Assembly: GCA_034435695.1 (NCBI GenBank)
Contig: DAOTWV010000060.1
Coordinates: 1 to 58,325 of the forward strand
Length of the DNA stretch: 58,325 nucleotides
Source of the DNA: Anaerolineales bacterium
Lineage (GTDB): Bacteria > Chloroflexota > Anaerolineae > Anaerolineales > DRKV01
Direction: 5' to 3'
Shown one piece after another: positions 56,055 to 58,325 of the stretch. Positions within the stretch are counted from its first letter, which is position 1; each line of letters begins with the position of its first letter. The notes beneath the pieces are model-generated. The model was not told the DNA's origin and searched no databases. It worked only from the letters and a program-made list of their open reading frames with translations. The position numbers were made by a program, and so were the translations under genes.

Positions 56055-56368
56055 GCGGCAAATTATACCGCTTCCCGGCACGAGGTGTAGGGAATGGCGA
56101 AAGGTGGTGGATATTCGGACACGAGAATGTTTATCTACCATTGCGAGATGGTGTTTCGCCCTCTGGAATTTTGTGCACAGAAAATGTGTCATGTGGAAAA
56201 AGTGACGATTGTCATGCCTGCAGGTCTCAAAAGAGCGCGCTTTAGCAAAACCGGTGGAATTCAATGATGCTATAATTAGCACGTTTCCCCTTTTTATTCA
56301 GGCCATCTGTTCCCTGTAAGACGACAGGAAACCGATTCCCAAAAAAATTTCAGCGTAGGAGTACAGAT

Positions 56369-57775
56369 ATGCCCTATACCATTATCGAAGTCCCCCAAGA
56401 AGGTGAAAAAATCACCATGCAGGATGGCGTGCTGCAGGTTCCCGACCACCCCATTTTGCCCTTCATCGAAGGCGATGGTACTGGCCGCGACATCTGGCGC
56501 GCATCAGTGCGCGTTTTCAACGCCGCAGTGGAGAAGGCTTATGGCGGCAAGCGCAAAATCCACTGGATGGAAGTTTACGCTGGTGAAAAGGCGTATCACA
56601 AATTCGGTGACTGGCTGCCCTCCGAAACCGTGGATGCCTTCCGGGAATTCATCGTCGGCATCAAAGGCCCGCTGACCACGCCCATCGGCGGCGGCATCCG
56701 CTCGCTGAACGTGGCGCTGCGCAAGGCGCTGGATTTGTACGTTTGCCAGCGGCCGGTCAAATACGTGGACGGCGTGCCTTCGCCCGTCAAGCACCCCGAA
56801 TACGTGGACATGGTCATCTTCCGCGAAAACACGGAAGACATCTACACCGGTATCGAATTCGCCTACGATACGCCGGAATGGGAGCAATTCATGGCGCTCT
56901 TCAAGGAAAAGTTCCCTGATGAATACGCCAAGATGCGTTTCCCGAACACTGCCGGCATCGGCATCAAACCCGTTTCGGTGGAGGGCACAGAGCGTCTGGT
57001 GCGTGCTGCCATCAAATGGGCATTGGCCAATGGCCGCAAGCGCCTCAGCCTGGTGCACAAAGGCAACATCATGAAATTCACGGAAGGTGCCTTCCGCAAT
57101 TGGGGCTACGCTCTGGCCAAGCGCGAATTCCGCAACGAAATCGTCACCGAGCGCGAATCCTGGATTTTGGGCAACAAAGAAGCCAACCCGGACTTAAGCG
57201 ATGAAGAAAACGCCCGCATGATTGAGCCTGGCTTCGATATGCTCGCCCCGGACAAACAGCAGGAAGTGATTCAAGAAGTGCGCGATGCCCTGGCGCTCTG
57301 GGAGACCCACGGCAACGGGCAATGGAAGGACAAATTGCTCATCAAAGACACCATTGCCGATATCGTCTTCCAGCAGACGATTACCCGCGCCCGCGAATTC
57401 GACGTGCTGGCAACCATGAACCTGAATGGCGACTATCTTTCGGATGCCCTGGCCGCGCAAATCGGTGGCATGGGCATTGCGCCGGGTGCCAACATCAACT
57501 ACGATACCGGCCACGCCATCTTCGAAGCCACGCACGGCACCGCCCCCAAGTACGCCGACCTGGACAAAGTCAACCCCGGCTCTGTCATTCTCTCCGGTGA
57601 GATGATGTTCCGCTACATGGGCTGGCACGAAGCCGCCGACTTGATATGGAAAGGCATTGAAGGCGCTGTCAAAGCCAAGACAGTGACTTATGACTTCCAC
57701 CGCCTGATGGATGGCGCCACGCTGTTGAAGTGCTCTGAATTTGGCGACGCCATCATCAAGCACATGGACGACTGA
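56369..57775 (+). CDS. icd: NADP-dependent isocitrate dehydrogenase
   Basis: 468 aa with an [51 protein letters not shown], and [26 protein letters not shown]. Confidence 0.95.
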   Translation: MPYTIIEVPQEGEKITMQDGVLQVPDHPILPFIEGDGTGRDIWRASVRVFNAAVEKAYGGKRKIHWMEVYAGEKAYHKFGDWLPSETVDAFREFIVGIKGPLTTPIGGGIRSLNVALRKALDLYVCQRPVKYVDGVPSPVKHPEYVDMVIFRENTEDIYTGIEFAYDTPEWEQFMALFKEKFPDEYAKMRFPNTAGIGIKPVSVEGTERLVRAAIKWALANGRKRLSLVHKGNIMKFTEGAFRNWGYALAKREFRNEIVTERESWILGNKEANPDLSDEENARMIEPGFDMLAPDKQQEVIQEVRDALALWETHGNGQWKDKLLIKDTIADIVFQQTITRAREFDVLATMNLNGDYLSDALAAQIGGMGIAPGANINYDTGHAIFEATHGTAPKYADLDKVNPGSVILSGEMMFRYMGWHEAADLIWKGIEGAVKAKTVTYDFHRLMDGATLLKCSEFGDAIIKHMDD

Positions 57776-57783
57776 GGCTGAAG

Positions 57784-57824
57784 ACGCCACTCCACGAGAT
57801 ACGCCATCGTTGGAGTGGCGTTTG
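57784..57824 (+). terminator. Hairpin after icd (weak terminator or attenuator)
   Basis: ACGCCACTCCA-16 nt-TGGAGTGGCGT is a perfect 11-bp stem followed only by TTGC, so the U-tract is short. Confidence 0.4.
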
Positions 57825-57868
57825 CATACATTCATCGCTGTTTTCGTTCTCTCTCAGGAGGAGGTTCT

Positions 57869-58267
57869 ATGTCTGCTCTCAAAACCACCCTGCAAGGGTA
57901 CCTGTCCTATAAGGGACGCGAGGGTCACCTGGGGTTCGTGCTCCACCGCCTGACGGGGTTGGGCACGCTGCTCTTTTTGGTGATTCACATCTTCGATATG
58001 GCAGCGTTTTACTGGTGGCCGACATTCTTCCAGGATGCCCTCAACCTGTACCGCACCCCGCCCTTCATGCTGGGCGAAATCGGCCTGGTGTTCTGCGTGT
58101 TGTACCATGGCGCGAACGGCCTGCGCATTGCCTTCGTGGATATGTTTGCCCCGCACAAGTGGGCAATTCATGCCCAACGGAATGCGGTGCGCTGGACGCT
58201 GGCGATTGCCATCATCCTGTGGCTGCCGGCGGCAATCATCATGGGTTCTCGCCTCTTTGGCGGTTAG
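57869..58267 (+). CDS. sdhC: Succinate dehydrogenase / fumarate reductase cytochrome b subunit
   Basis: The internal ATG at 57869 follows an AGGAGGAGG RBS and gives MSALKTTLQGYLSYKGREGHLGFVLHRLTGLGTLLFLVIHI. It has three TM helices with conserved His residues. Confidence 0.8.
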   Translation: MSALKTTLQGYLSYKGREGHLGFVLHRLTGLGTLLFLVIHIFDMAAFYWWPTFFQDALNLYRTPPFMLGEIGLVFCVLYHGANGLRIAFVDMFAPHKWAIHAQRNAVRWTLAIAIILWLPAAIIMGSRLFGG

Positions 58268-58282
58268 GAAGGAGTTGTAATC

Positions 58283-58325
58283 ATGGCTACCCGACAAGTG
58301 CAGGTTCCCGCCAATTATGAAACCA
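58283..58325 (+). CDS. 5' end of the next gene, possibly the second SDH membrane subunit (partial, runs off the right edge)
   Basis: An AGGAAGGAG RBS precedes ATG 58283 (MATRQVQVPANYET...). Only 14 codons are visible, so the product is inferred from position only. Confidence 0.4.
   Translation, partial: MATRQVQVPANYET

Overview
This is a 58.3-kb, gene-dense, high-GC bacterial chromosomal segment. I call about 56 CDS and one tRNA. I see no rRNA, CRISPR array, transposase, integrase or prophage genes. Protein sequences and gene order suggest a Chloroflexota (Anaerolineae-like) thermophile, but that is pattern recognition only and no search was run.

Most of the window is housekeeping:
- rel (partial at the left edge and missing from the ORF track)
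- tig-clpP
- tRNA-Leu(UAG) divergent from trmD
- hrcA-grpE-dnaK-dnaJ-prmA and groES-groEL, each preceded by a perfect CIRCE operator
- mtaB-acpS, thrB, rnj, pcm, lspA-rluD, ltaE, icd, and sdhC with a partial downstream CDS (possibly sdhD)
- one OmpR/HK two-component pair, an orphan GAF-GAF HisKA_3 kinase, and a GGDEF cyclase

The most unusual content is a lipid-related neighbourhood at about 3.7-13.9 kb. Its core is a tightly packed minus-strand operon: SCP2, a 726-aa fusion carrying an acyl-ACP-reductase-like domain and a C-terminal membrane anchor, an atypical SDR, a PlsC-type acyltransferase, and a second SCP2. Two patatin-like lipases, an Fe-alcohol dehydrogenase and a secreted CAP/LysM protein flank it. 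I propose it as a candidate uncharacterised fatty aldehyde/alcohol-derived lipid pathway. This is inference.

Other items worth a second look:
- REP-like GTAGG...CCTAC palindrome clusters at 3.6 kb and 28.2-28.6 kb, the latter with a 31-nt perfect direct repeat and a G10 tract
- a pair of TAGAAC-N4-GTTCTA-like operators over a consensus promoter for a membrane-protein/lytic-transglycosylase operon
- a roughly 160-nt multi-helix GC-rich element next to that promoter
- a long rnj leader with an internal terminator-like hairpin
- four genes with leaderless-mRNA geometry (-10 hexamer, 6-7 nt, then the start codon)
- an orphan HerA-like ATPase translationally coupled to acpS
- a 52-bp palindromic mini-insertion flanked by 9-bp direct repeats

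Many very long ORFs in the track are antisense shadows of real genes, which is typical of high-GC DNA, and were rejected. Several true starts lie internal to the track ORFs or use TTG/GTG. Coordinates of small motifs were counted by hand and may be off by 1-2 nt.
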